From: Octopus vulgaris
Lineage: Eukaryota
Length of the DNA: 64,000 nucleotides
Assembly: GCA_951406725.2 (NCBI GenBank)
Contig: OX597833.1
Coordinates: forward strand, 48,112,001-48,176,000
Direction: 5' to 3'
Under the pieces are notes generated by a model. It had not been told where the DNA came from, made no database searches, and saw only the letters and a program-made list of their open reading frames with translations. The position numbers and the translations under genes were made by a program. Shown here one piece after another: positions 52,844 to 63,885 of the stretch. Each line of letters starts with the position of its first letter. Position 1 is the first letter of the stretch.

Positions 52844-53914
52844 ATGTTTGTGTGTCTGTGTTTGTCCCCCTAGCATTGCTTGACAACCGATGCTGGTGTG
52901 TTTATGTTCCCGTCACCTAGCAGTTCGGCAAAAGAGACCGATAGAATAAGTACTGGGCTTACAAAGAATAAGTCCCGGGGTCAAGTTGCTCGATTAAAGG
53001 CAGTGCTCCAGCATGGCCGCAGTCAAATGACTGAAACAAGTAAAAGAATAAAAAGAAAAAGAAAAGAGTAATATAAAAATTCCTTTTTCAGATATTGCTA
53101 GAAATTAATGGAGTTTCTGTTATAGTCGGTTTTCCAACGGTTACTGAAATTTGTTGGAAGCATCCCTGTAGTGGTCTCATGAAGCTCTTTCCGTATGCAC
53201 GTATAATACATAACTTGGAAGCAGTGCTGCTGGTATGCCAACACACAGGAGCTCGAGACATGACCACCCTCACACACTTCTCATGAGGAATTCTGGAAGG
53301 AGCTTTGTGAGACCACTGCAGGGACACTTCTGACAAATTTCAGTAACCGTTGGAAAATGACTCCTTTAATTCCTAGCAATATCTGAAGAAGGTATTTTTA
53401 TATTCTGAAATAGGCGCAGGAGTGGCTGTGTGATAAGTAGCTTGCTAACCAACCACATGGTTCCGGGTTCAGTCCCACTGTGTGGCATCTTGGGCAAGTG
53501 TCTTCTGCTATAGCCTCGAGCCGACCAATGCCTTGTGAGTGGATTTGGTAGACGGAAACTGAAAGAAGCCTGTCGTATATATGTATATGTATATATATAT
53601 GTATGTGTGTGTATATGTTTGTGTGTCTGTTTGTCCGTCTAGCATTACTTGATAACCGATGCTGGTGTGTTTACGTCCCCGTCACTTAGTGGTTCAGCAA
53701 AAGAGACCGATAGAATAAGTACTAGGCTTACAAAGAATAAGTCCTGGGGTCGATTTGCTCAACTAAAGGTGGTGCTCCAGCATGGCCGCAGTCAAATGAC
53801 TGAAACAAGTAAAAGAGTAAAAGAGTATATTAGTCTATGGATAATTATACTATTTATAACAGTTATTATAGTCAACTCTGCACTGTTGTGCCATTCCAGA
53901 CACGTTACATTTCA
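52516..53914. mobile_element. Palindromic element with one SINE inserted in each arm
   Basis: Outer arms 52516-52615 and 53826-53914 and inner arms about 53070-53190 and 53290-53410 are reverse complements; SINEs at 52616-53069 and 53411-53826. Confidence 0.75.
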
Positions 53915-54605
53915 TAATATCAGGTAAATTGTATAACATACATTAGCATTTTTAATAAACTGGATTGGTCAAAAATTAAAAACCTTAAAAAAAAATCATC
54001 TCTAATATTATCTAAAATTATTTCGTTTTTGGATTTGGTTTGCAAGATTCTTTATATGAGTTTGTGTGTTGAAGCATATTCTGTTGTGTCTGGGGAGAGT
54101 CATTCTCTTTTTGTGCCTTATAATGTAACACACTTTAGAAAGGTTGCAAGATGCAACGAAAACTTTAGGAAAATAAAAATAAGAAATAAGTGGAAATTTT
54201 ACCGGTGAGAGTGTTAAATTATAAGGTACAAAAAGAAAATGACTCTCCCCAGACACAACAGAATATCTAAAATTAATTCTAAATGAATGGTTAAAATGTA
54301 TTTATGGTATATCTTTACAATATCTCTGTTCATACTTTCTCTTTGCTTTCTTCTTTCTTTCTATTTTTTTCTTCCTTTCTTTTTTACTTTATTCTTTCTT
54401 CCTCTTTATGTAATTTGCCACACCCCCTCCTTGAATCCACTTCTGTATGGCATGGCTTCTGTAGATGCAGTAAAAACAACTTACTTAGTCAATCTGGACA
54501 CTTTGAATTGTAAATGACTTAAATAGAGTTAATATACCTTAAGAGCTGTTGCTTTGTGGCCCTTTATGACATTTTCTTTTGCCTAGGCAAATAAAAATTA
54601 AGCTA

Positions 54606-55295
54606 GTGGGTTGTCCGGAAAGTTCATGCCGATTTATAGTAGCTTACCTTTCGACTTATTTATTTTAGAACATGGTTGAGTCCATAAAATAGGATTTGAC
54701 TACACCTCCATTTAGAGCACAGTTTAAGCTATCTTTTCATGGAAGAAGGTTTATGTACCTATAACCTGTGTTAATTTTGTAACCCTTTAAAATGGAAGAT
54801 AAGAAAGTTCCTTTTCGGCACTTGATGCTTTGGGAACCAGACAAAAATTGCTGCAGCTCAGCTGGGATGTGTTACCCCACCCTCCATATTCACCAGATAT
54901 TGCTCCTTCGGATTTCCACTTATTCAGGTCTCTGCAGAATAGTCTTAATGGTAAAAATTTCAATTCCTTGGATGACGTAAAAAGATACTTTGATGAATTC
55001 TTTGCCATGAAACCACATCAATTCTGGGAAGAGGGTATTTTCAAGTTAAAGGAGCAATTTTTGTCTGGTTCCCAAAGCATCAAGTGCCAAAAATGAACTT
55101 TCTTATCTTCCATTTTAAAGGGTTACAGAATTAACACAGATTATAGGAACATAAACCTTCTTCCATGAAAAGATAGCTTAAACTGCGCTCTAAATGGAGG
55201 TGTAGTCAAATCCTATTTTATGGACTCAACCATGTTCTAAAATAAGTCGAAAGGTAAGCTACTATAAATCGGCACAAACTTTCAGGACAACCCAA
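54606..55295. mobile_element. Mariner deletion/foldback derivative
   Basis: TA TSDs 54604-05 and 55296-97; about 245-bp inverted arms 54606-54852 and 55053-55295; centre encodes WDVLPHPPYSPDIAPSDFHLFRSLQ (mariner YSPDLAPSD motif). Confidence 0.9.
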
Positions 55296-55485
55296 TAATT
55301 GACTAACCCTCCCCCCCCCACCACTAGAATTGTTGACCTTATGCCAAAATTGGAAATCATTAAGTACTCAGAATAATTATCTTAGAATATTTTGTTTAAA
55401 CTCTTTGACTTGTAATGTAATTTTTATCAATTAATTCTTAGTTTACATCATTGTTTACTGGTTTTTTATGATTTGTTTTTTTTAG

Positions 55486-55579
55486 TTGCACACTACTCCA
55501 CGGCTATTATAGCATCTGTTGGACTTTTCCTTAGTTTTTACATTGTTGCTGGTCTTGCATTGTTAATATATAACAAATG
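55486..55579 (+). CDS. SIDT: SIDT-like exon 7 (first transmembrane helix)
   Basis: tttttag|TT-AHYSTAIIASVGLFLSFYIVAGLALLIYNK-TG|gtaaga; G.FLSFY is the SIDT TM1 motif. Confidence 0.93.
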
Positions 55580-56159
55580 GTAAGAATAAATATTTTTTTC
55601 TCTTTTTTAAATTGTACTAAATATTAAAGTTGTCCTTTTAGAGTTGATAAATTAAACTCCCAGCCCATGTTGCTTGCTTTTCTGAGTTGGATCCTGTGTA
55701 CCATGTTCTCTTCTTTGAGGATCTATCTGGGGTGGTGGCTTGTGTTAGTCGGCCACATGACCATGAGGCATGCAAAAGTTAGTAAAGGTAAGGTTACCTT
55801 CTCAAGTCATGCTGACTCACAAGGGCTGTTTTCCTGGTTTCGTGGTGTATAAATTCCCTACTTGGATGGGGCGCTGGTCTGTCGTAGGTTTACTCAGTTT
55901 TACCAGCTGAGTGAACTGGAGCAACATGAAATGAAGTGTTTTGCTCAAGAACACAATGTGATGCCCAGTCCAAGAATTGAAAACACAATCTTACGATCAT
56001 GAGTCCAACACCCTAACCACTAAGCCACACACCTCAACCATGTGGCATATAGCCAATGAGAAGGTATTTACTAAGATGGGAACTGACTGGTACATATCTT
56101 GAAGGGGTTGCCCAGCACAACCTGAAAAGGTACTGACAAATGGTGGATGCAACAATGCA

Positions 56160-56795
56160 TTGTTAAGTTAAGTTAATTTTTTGGCTCAAAAAGCAAAAGC
56201 AAGGCCATGTAGGGGGACATGGAGTTATGTACAGGGAGGGTGTTCATGCAAGGAGTTCAGGCCATTTCTGGTCAAGAGAGTCTTTGAACTGAGCGGTCAT
56301 CGGCATTTTCACTATCTTGTCCGGCAGTTTATTCCATGGATCCGCAACCTGGACAGAGAAAGCCCCTCTCCTTCGATTGAGATGAAATCGTTGCAGATAG
56401 AGCTTTTTGGAGTGACCCTGCAGCTGACGCTCTGGAGCAGGAGTGAACAACAGCTCTTTCGAGAGGTTATACTTTCCGCTTATGATGTTGTGAGTGAGAA
56501 TGAGATCAGCACGACGGCGGCGTTTTTCTAGAGAATAAAGGTCGAGCGTTTTCAGCCTTTCTTCATAAGACAAATGCTTGAGACCAAGAACCATGCGGGT
56601 AGCCAGTTTCTGGACTCTTTCGAGATGATGTATGCCTTTGAGGAGATAAGGAGAAGAGGCTTGAATCCCGTACTCCAATATGGGTCTCACCAGCATGACA
56701 TAGAGTGGTAGGAATATGGCTGCTGTGAGCATTCTGAATGACCGTCGAATCAAAAACAGAACTCCGCATTGCAATGGTGCATGCTGCACCACCTG
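56160..56795 (-). mobile_element. CR1-clade LINE 3' fragment (RT C-terminus)
   Basis: ORF 56244-56792: LYVMLVRPILEYG...LERVQKLATRMV.GLKHLSYEERLKTLDLYSLEKRRRRADLI...WNKLP; short (TTAAC)-type tail. Confidence 0.9.
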
Positions 56796-57842
56796 ACCTC
56801 ATATGCAACAAATGGTGTAAATTTTTGTATTTGGAAGGCTGTGAATTGATTATTATACATTGTAAATATATTTGAATTCTCTATAGCATTACTTTAAAAT
56901 ATATTATGCAGCTGTTGTGAAGGCACATGGCTTAGTGCTTAGGATATTCAGCTTACAATTATAAGGTCGTGAGTTCAATTCCCAGTGATGCATTGTGTCC
57001 TTGAGCAAGACACTTTATTCCATGTTGCTCCAGTCCACTCAGCTGGCAAAAAAGAGTAGTACCTGTATTTCAAAGGGCCAGTCTTGTTACATTTTGTGTC
57101 ATGCTGAATCTCCCTGATAACTACTTTAAGGGTACATGTGTTTGTGTAGTGCCCAGCCATATGCATGTTAATTTCATGAGCAGTTGTAGGCATAGGAGTG
57201 GCTGTGTGGTAAGTAGCTTGCTTATGAGCCACATGGTTCCGGGTTCAGTCCCACTGCGTGGCACCTTGGGCAAGTGTCTTCTACTATAGCCTCGGGCTGA
57301 CCAAAGCCTTGTGAGTGGATTTGGTAAGCGGAAACTGAAAGAAGACTGTTGTATATATGTATGTGTGTGTGTCTGTGTGTCTGTCTCTCTGTCTTTGTCC
57401 CCCCCAACATCACTTGACAACCGATGCTGGTGTATTTACGTCCCTGTATCTTAGCGGTTCTGCAAAAGAGACCGATAGAATAAGTACTATGCTTACAAAG
57501 AATAAATCCTGAGGTTGATTTGCTCGACTAATGGTGGTGCTCCAGCATGGCCACAGTCAAATGACTGAAACAAGTAAAAGAGTCTGTTCCATTGATTGGA
57601 TCAACTGGAACCCTCATTGTCATAATCGACAAAATGCCAATTAGGTATTATGCAGCTCATTTACATTCAATTTTTAATACTACTTTTAATAATATGAAAT
57701 ATTTATAGGAGATATACTCTCAGCTGATTCTTTATCAATCTTCATATATAACCACTCCATCATTTTCAAAACTTGAAATATTTAAACCCTTGATCTTCAA
57801 TTCTGAATGTTTCTAGTTTTCTTTTTTTTTTTTTTTTTGCAG

Positions 57843-57886
57843 TGATAAAAAACCTGAATTCCCCGAAATAAGTGAATTAGAAAGAG
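57843..57886 (+). CDS. SIDT: SIDT-like exon 8 (cytosolic loop)
   Basis: Long poly-T tract + gcag|T-DKKPEFPEISELER-G|gtaatt; phase 2 in matches exon 7, phase 1 out. Confidence 0.75.
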
Positions 57887-59084
57887 GTAATTATCCATTT
57901 TGATAACCATTTTATAATTTTATAAATGTATTTTAGAAAGTTCTCTTGTAATGTAATGAATTATTTTTTTAACTGAGCAAAAAGTTTTGCTACAAAGCAA
58001 TCATTTTGTAGAAATTTTCAGAACTGTTATATTTATTTATAGAATAATAATATTAACAAACCCTGATAAACTACAATGTGTTCATTTATATTTTTATATA
58101 TTACAATGTTGTATGTATTTTATTCATCTTGTAAGCTAGCAGAATTGATTATGTCAGACAAAAGGCTTTTTGGCATCATATCTTCCAGCTCTATATGTTC
58201 TCGGTTCAAATTCTGATCAGGTCAGCTTTGCCTTCCATCCTTTTGGGGGTTCTTAAAATAATAATCAGTCGAGCACTGGGTTGATATAATCAACTTACCC
58301 CTTCCCTCTAACAATAATTTCTGTCTTTGTGTCAAAATTTGAAACTATTAGGAGTGGGTGTGTGGTAAGTAGCTTGCTAACCAACCACATGGTTCCAGGT
58401 TCAGTCCCACTGCGTGGCATCTTGGGCAAGTGTCTTCTGCTATAGCCTCGGGCCAACCAAAGCCTAGTGAGTGGATTTGGTAGACGGAAACTGAAAGAAG
58501 CCTGTCGTATATATGTATGTATATATATATATATATATGTATATGTATGTGTGTGTATATGTTTGTGTGTCTGTGTTTGTCCATCTAGCATTGCTTGACA
58601 ACCGATGCTGGTGTGTTTACGTCCCCGTTACTTAGCGGTTCGGCAAAAAGAGACCAATAGAATAAGTACTGGGCTTACAAAGAATAAGTCCCGGGGTCGA
58701 TTTGCTTGACTAAAAGGTGGTGCTCCAGCATGGCCGCAGTCAAATGACTGAAACAAGTAAAAGAGTAAAAGAGTATTATTATTAGCAGAATTCTTTGTGT
58801 CAGGGCAAAATCCTTAATGGCATTACATTTTCAGTTGAGTTCTGTACAGGTCGACCTTGCCTTTCATCCTTTTGTAGGAGTCAATAAAATCAGTACCAGT
58901 TGAGCACTGGGTTGATATAATCAACTCCCCCTTTTCCTTTAAAACATTGCTGGCCTTGTATCAAAATTTGAAACCCTTAATTATTATATAGAAATTTATG
59001 CAGCAAAATGTATTGTCGTGCCTTTTAATTTTTTTTATTACCTACTTTTCATCGTGTTTACTATAAATGTCTTTCCTCTCCCAG

Positions 59085-59147
59085 AGAGATTTTTGTGGGG
59101 CGCTGCTGGATTGATTCCATCAGATTCCGATTCTGATGAGAAAAGTG
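59085..59147 (+). CDS. SIDT: SIDT-like probable exon 9 (cytosolic loop); gene continues beyond window
   Basis: ctttcctctcccag|AG-RFLWGAAGLIPSDSDSDEKS-G|gtaact; phase 1/1, 63 nt, open. Low-conservation loop, so supported by splice signals and frame only. Confidence 0.55.
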
Positions 59148-59355
59148 GTAACTATATTGGATTTAATTGTAGCATTAGTACTTTATAGTTGTATGTGTTT
59201 GTGTGCTTTTACTAAAAAAAAAATGTTCAGTATTTGCTCTGTAAATCACAGATTTATTGTGCAATAGTTATAGTTTGGCATATTGCTTAATTTGTTCTTA
59301 AATATTTCTCACTCGAATTTAGTAATTTTTAAAAATTTATTACTCTTTCAATTTC

Positions 59356-59848
59356 GGAGATGTACTCGCATAGCAAGTGACTTGATCTGAGATCGTGTGC
59401 TGGAACGAAAACAATTGCAGCGTGGAAGGTGTTTGTAAGCCATTTAAGAAACACACAAAAGCCGTTCGATTCACTTCAACATTTAAGTTTAATTTGTCAA
59501 AATATTTTCGTCGCTTTAAGACCGCGACCTGTTCACTGACAAAAATCCGTGTTGCATCTGAGAAAGTAACAGTTAGTTTGTTATATATGTATGTATGTAT
59601 GTGTGTATGTATGTATGCATGCATGTATGTATGTATGTACGCCTGTATGTATGTATGTATGTGTGTATATGCACGCACACACACACTATAAACTTAAAGC
59701 AGATGCAGCACGGATTTTTGTCAGTGAACAGGTCGCGGTCTTAAAGCGACGAAAATATTTTGACAAATTAAACTTAAATGTTGAAGTGAATCAAACGGCT
59801 TTTGTGTGTTTCTTAAATGGCTTACAAACACCTTCCACGCTGCAATTC
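59356..59848. mobile_element. Foldback Penelope-like non-autonomous insertion
   Basis: 11-bp direct repeat ctttcaatttc (59345-59355, 59849-59859); about 148-bp inverted arms 59413-59560 and 59700-59847 around a (TATG)n spacer; hammerhead in each arm. Confidence 0.7.
59717..59767 (+). ncRNA. Hammerhead ribozyme motif with G3-C8 swapped core (mirror copy on minus strand 59493-59543)
   Basis: tttgtca GTGAACA g gtcgc ggtcttaaa gcgac GAA AATATT T tgacaaa. 7-bp stem I, 5-bp stem II, palindromic stem III AAUAUU. Confidence 0.65.
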
Positions 59849-62772
59849 CTTTCAATTTCATCTTCCCATTAGTTACTTTACATCCATTTGCTAGCCTACG
59901 AGGATGTATCATTTTTTTCTTTTTTTTCTTTTCTGTAAATTTTTATATTTATGTAGTTATGGGTCAGTTAGCTTTTGTAGTTGAATCACCTTTCATGCTA
60001 CAACACTTTACCTGTCACACAGGAAGGGGAAACTCTTTGTCAGTCAGGAAGACAAGCAAACAGAATTATGTAACAATGCAATAACTACAGTAATAAAGAG
60101 AAATCTTATAACCTTTATGCTCCAGTAGTTGAATCTCAGAGACATTGTTCCTTGCAAATACTATCAATATCAATCAGAATTTTCCTACATCTTTCATCAT
60201 CATCATCATCATCGTTTAACGTCCGTTTTCCATGCTAGCATGGGCTGGACGGTCCAGGTCTGGGAAACCAGGAGGCTGCACCAGGCTCCAGTCTTATCTG
60301 GCAATGTTTCTACAGCTGGATGCCCTTCCTAATGTCAACCACTCCAAGAGTGTAGTGGGTGCTTTTTACGTGCCACCGGCACAGGTGCCAGGCGAGGCTG
60401 GCAACGGCCACGATCGGTTGGTGCTTTTTACATGCCACCGGCACAGAAGCCAGTCAAGGCAGCGCTGGCATCGACTACGTATGTATGGTGCCAGGGGAGG
60501 CTGTTGAACTGAATTTTCTGATTCAAACACTCAGATTGAACCATCCAAAACTGCATCAAAAAGAAGCCATCCAATTGATTAACGATGATGCAGTCACTAA
60601 CAGACTGTAAACTCTGACCCACTTGTATCACTGGTACAATGACTGTTGCTCCTTTGATGCAGCCAGCTGTGTACCGCCTCCACCCAGCCCACCAATATAC
60701 CCATCTCTCCTACAATGTCTCACTTTCCTCCCTCTCTCTGTCCATCCATCCTTTTCACACTAATCAGTTACTTTATACCATCCTTCCTCCTAAAGGTGGC
60801 GAGCTGGCAGAAACATTAGCGCGCTGGGCGAAATGCTTAGCGGTATTTCGCCTGTCATTACATTCTGAGTTCAAATTCCGCCAAGGTCGACTTTGCCTTT
60901 CATCTTTTTGGGGTCGATAAATAAAGTACCAGTTTCGCACTGGGGTCGATGTAATCGACTTACTCCCTTTGTCTGTCCTTCTTTGTCCCCTCTATGTTTA
61001 GCCTCTTGTGGGTTGTAAAGAAATATATACCATCCTTCCTCCTCAGAGCATGAATCCTCTGGAATCCCTCCCCACTATCGTTATTATTGAATTATTGATG
61101 GTCATATTGAACATAAACTATATTGATCTCACCAGTCTTGGAGCCCTATGAAAGTTGAATTCATTGAATGACCCTTTTGACTAAGCCACAGAAAAAAAAA
61201 AGCAAAAGAAAAAAATGCATTTAATTTAAAATTAGGGAATTTCTCATAGTATTGCTTGCATAAAGTTTATTAAAAAAATCTCTAATTTGCATGTCAAGTA
61301 GTTTATCAAATTAATAGCATGATGTATTTTTGTTGCATGTTCTTTAACTAAAAACTATGCACTGTGTCAACAATAAAGAAGTAGAAAATTTTTTAATATT
61401 TAAAAAAAAACCCCTAAAAAAACAAGACAAAAAACAAAAAAAGCAAAAACAAAACTGAAAGAAAACCAAAAGACAGCACAGTTATTAATCTTAAATTGCT
61501 GTGTTTGGACTAAATAGTGTGTTTAGAGATTTTTGCATCTCTTGAACATGAATTTCTTGAATCTAGAATTTGTGAATAGCATTGGTAGATTTATGTCAGT
61601 TTGTTAATGTAAACTGAAAGGAAAATACCATTGAGCAGATTTTTCTCAAGTGCGACTCATGGAGCATCTTTTGATTGCTAATTTCTTGTCTATGGTCACA
61701 GGCCTTATAGACAATTACAGTGCCAATCAAACTGATGGGTTTCCCAGACCAAGATACATAAAAATGTAATTTATGTCTTGCTCTTCGTTCCCTGCCCAGT
61801 GGTTAGGGCAGCGAACTCGCGATCGGAGGATCGTGGTTTCGATTCCCAGACCGGGCATTGTGTGTGTTTATTGAGCGAAAACACCTAAAAGCTCTACGAG
61901 GCTCCGGCAGGGGGTGGTGGTGACCCCTGTTGTACTCTTTCACCGCAACTTTCTCTCAATCTCTCTTCCTGTTTCTTGAGTAACGCTGCGATGGACTGGC
62001 GTCCCGTCCAGCTGGGGGAAACACATACGCCACAGAAACTGAGAAACCAGGCCCATGAGCCTGGCTAGGCTTGAAAAGGGCGACGTTTATCTTCATTTCC
62101 TACTATAATCCTACTTTTCAATGTTAATAGCATTTCTGCTCTTTTCAGGGCTTTAGGATTTCACTGTGACCTTGGCGGGGTGGCTGATTGGCTCTATGCC
62201 TTGCCAAGGGGCAGAGTGTGTTTTTTTTGGCTAGGATTGCTTATTGAGCATACAGAGCTAACTTGTATATTTACAAACCATCCCCCTATCTGCAAACTGT
62301 TGGCCCAGTGGTTGGGAGTTATCACCAGAACACCATTCTCAAGTGCAATATAAGCAATTTCCATTGAATGCTTCTTTCATATTGTGTGACGCTAATACGT
62401 TTGTTGTGTTGAAAGTCATTGTCATGTGCAGATCTGTGTATGCTTTGTAAAGGTGATCAGTTTTAATCTATTCAGACTCTTGACACAGCATGATAATAAG
62501 GACAATGTTTTGTACTTTGTAACCTTCTATTTATCGTTGATTTTAAAAGGCTCTTAGTTTGTTACTCACTGTTGCATAATATTCAGAAATCGTGAAATTT
62601 ACTCACTTCACTTTCCTGTTATATAAAATCGAATATTTACTAAGTATGTACATCAAATTGATTACTTGCTAAGTTTCATTAGTATCTTCCACTAAACGTC
62701 TTATTTTCAGTATATATAACATGTTTATACTGTAGCTATGGTAATTTACTCTAGAGATTATATTATATTTAA

Positions 62773-62991
62773 CCCTTTCGTTACCGTATTCATTTTGAGA
62801 TGCTCTGTGTTTCTTTCAATTACTTTAAATATAACAAAGAATTTAGTAAAATAACTTAGTCATCTTTCAGCTGGTGTTAGGATCATAAATGCGACTAAGG
62901 CTTGGTGGAAAATTTTAATTCAAAACTTATGAAAACAAAGCATTTGTACTCAGAGCCAGGGCCGGTTTCAGCCGGGCTGCTAATGAAAGAG
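62773..62991. mobile_element. piggyBac-type MITE family 2, second copy
   Basis: ttaa|ccctttcgttacc...taatgaaagag|ttaa; collinear with 841-1060. Confidence 0.75.
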
Positions 62992-63367
62992 TTAAAGGTA
63001 TTGACATTATTAATATGCTGATTCTAGTGGTTGAAAAAGAAAGTATTTGATTACCGATCAATACATTTTAATTGATTTTTATGATAAACTGAGTCAGCTG
63101 ATTTGCTGTATAATTTCAGGAGTCAAAATTTCTTTTTACATGTTATTATTCCAATTCTTATGTGGGCATCTTTGAAACCAGGAACATATTCCAAATTTCC
63201 ATTTGGAGATAGGTGCAACATGGCTCTGTGGTTGAAGAGCTTGCTTCTAAACCACATGTTTGTGGTTTCAGTTCCACTGTGCAAATGTTTTCTACTATAG
63301 CCATGGGCTAACCAATTCCTTGTAAGCGGATTTGGTAGATGGAAATTGAAAGAAACCTATAGTGCAC

Positions 63368-63417
<50 letters not shown>

Positions 63418-63574
63418 ATATTTGAAATGGAGTGGGTTCAATTTTAACATTCAATCTGTATTTAAGCATACCTTACTTGTTGTTATTGTATGGGAATCTA
63501 GTTTTGAAGATGGCAGTAAAGAAATATATATATCTGTTTATTCACATGTCCACTGAAGTGGTACTTGGCTAGTT

Positions 63575-63720
63575 AACTGACATGCTGAAATTTGGTGTTG
63601 GAAATAGTAAGTTCATTTGCATCATGAAATTCTAGGAGCTTTGATCCCTTTTCAGTTAAGCTATACCCATCAGCATATATATCCTGGTGTTTACTAATAT
63701 GTCCACCAAAAGCCCCAGCT
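63575..63720 (-). pseudogene. LINE APE-endonuclease fragment
   Basis: GHISK...GY....GSKLLEFHDANELTISNTKFQH resembles the RTE endonuclease segment G..LLEF.....L.I.NT.FQH. Confidence 0.55.
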
Positions 63721-63842
63721 TTAGAGAGACTTAGAAATAATAATATTTCTATTTTTGAAAACCAGTGGATGTATTCCACTGAAATTAGGTAAATAATCCT
63801 TCGAACAGGTGGTCAGCAGCGACACCGGCTGGGTTCGGTTAC

Positions 63843-63885
63843 TCTGCATTGATAAAGGGCAAATAGCCTGAAACATGTCTGCAGA
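63843..63885 (+). ncRNA. Hammerhead ribozyme motif with U3-A8 core
   Basis: tctgca TTGATAA a gggc aaata gcct GAA ACATGT C tgcaga. 6-bp stem I, palindromic stem III ACAUGU, GUC triplet. Confidence 0.7.

Noticed and set aside
54830-55096. Mariner ORF as a functional transposase
   Set aside because: Only about 70 codons of the catalytic C-terminus remain; the DNA-binding domain and first catalytic residues are deleted.
62149-62353. Candidate next SIDT exon after cttttcag
   Set aside because: The required phase gives an immediate TAG, and the other frames show no SIDT similarity.
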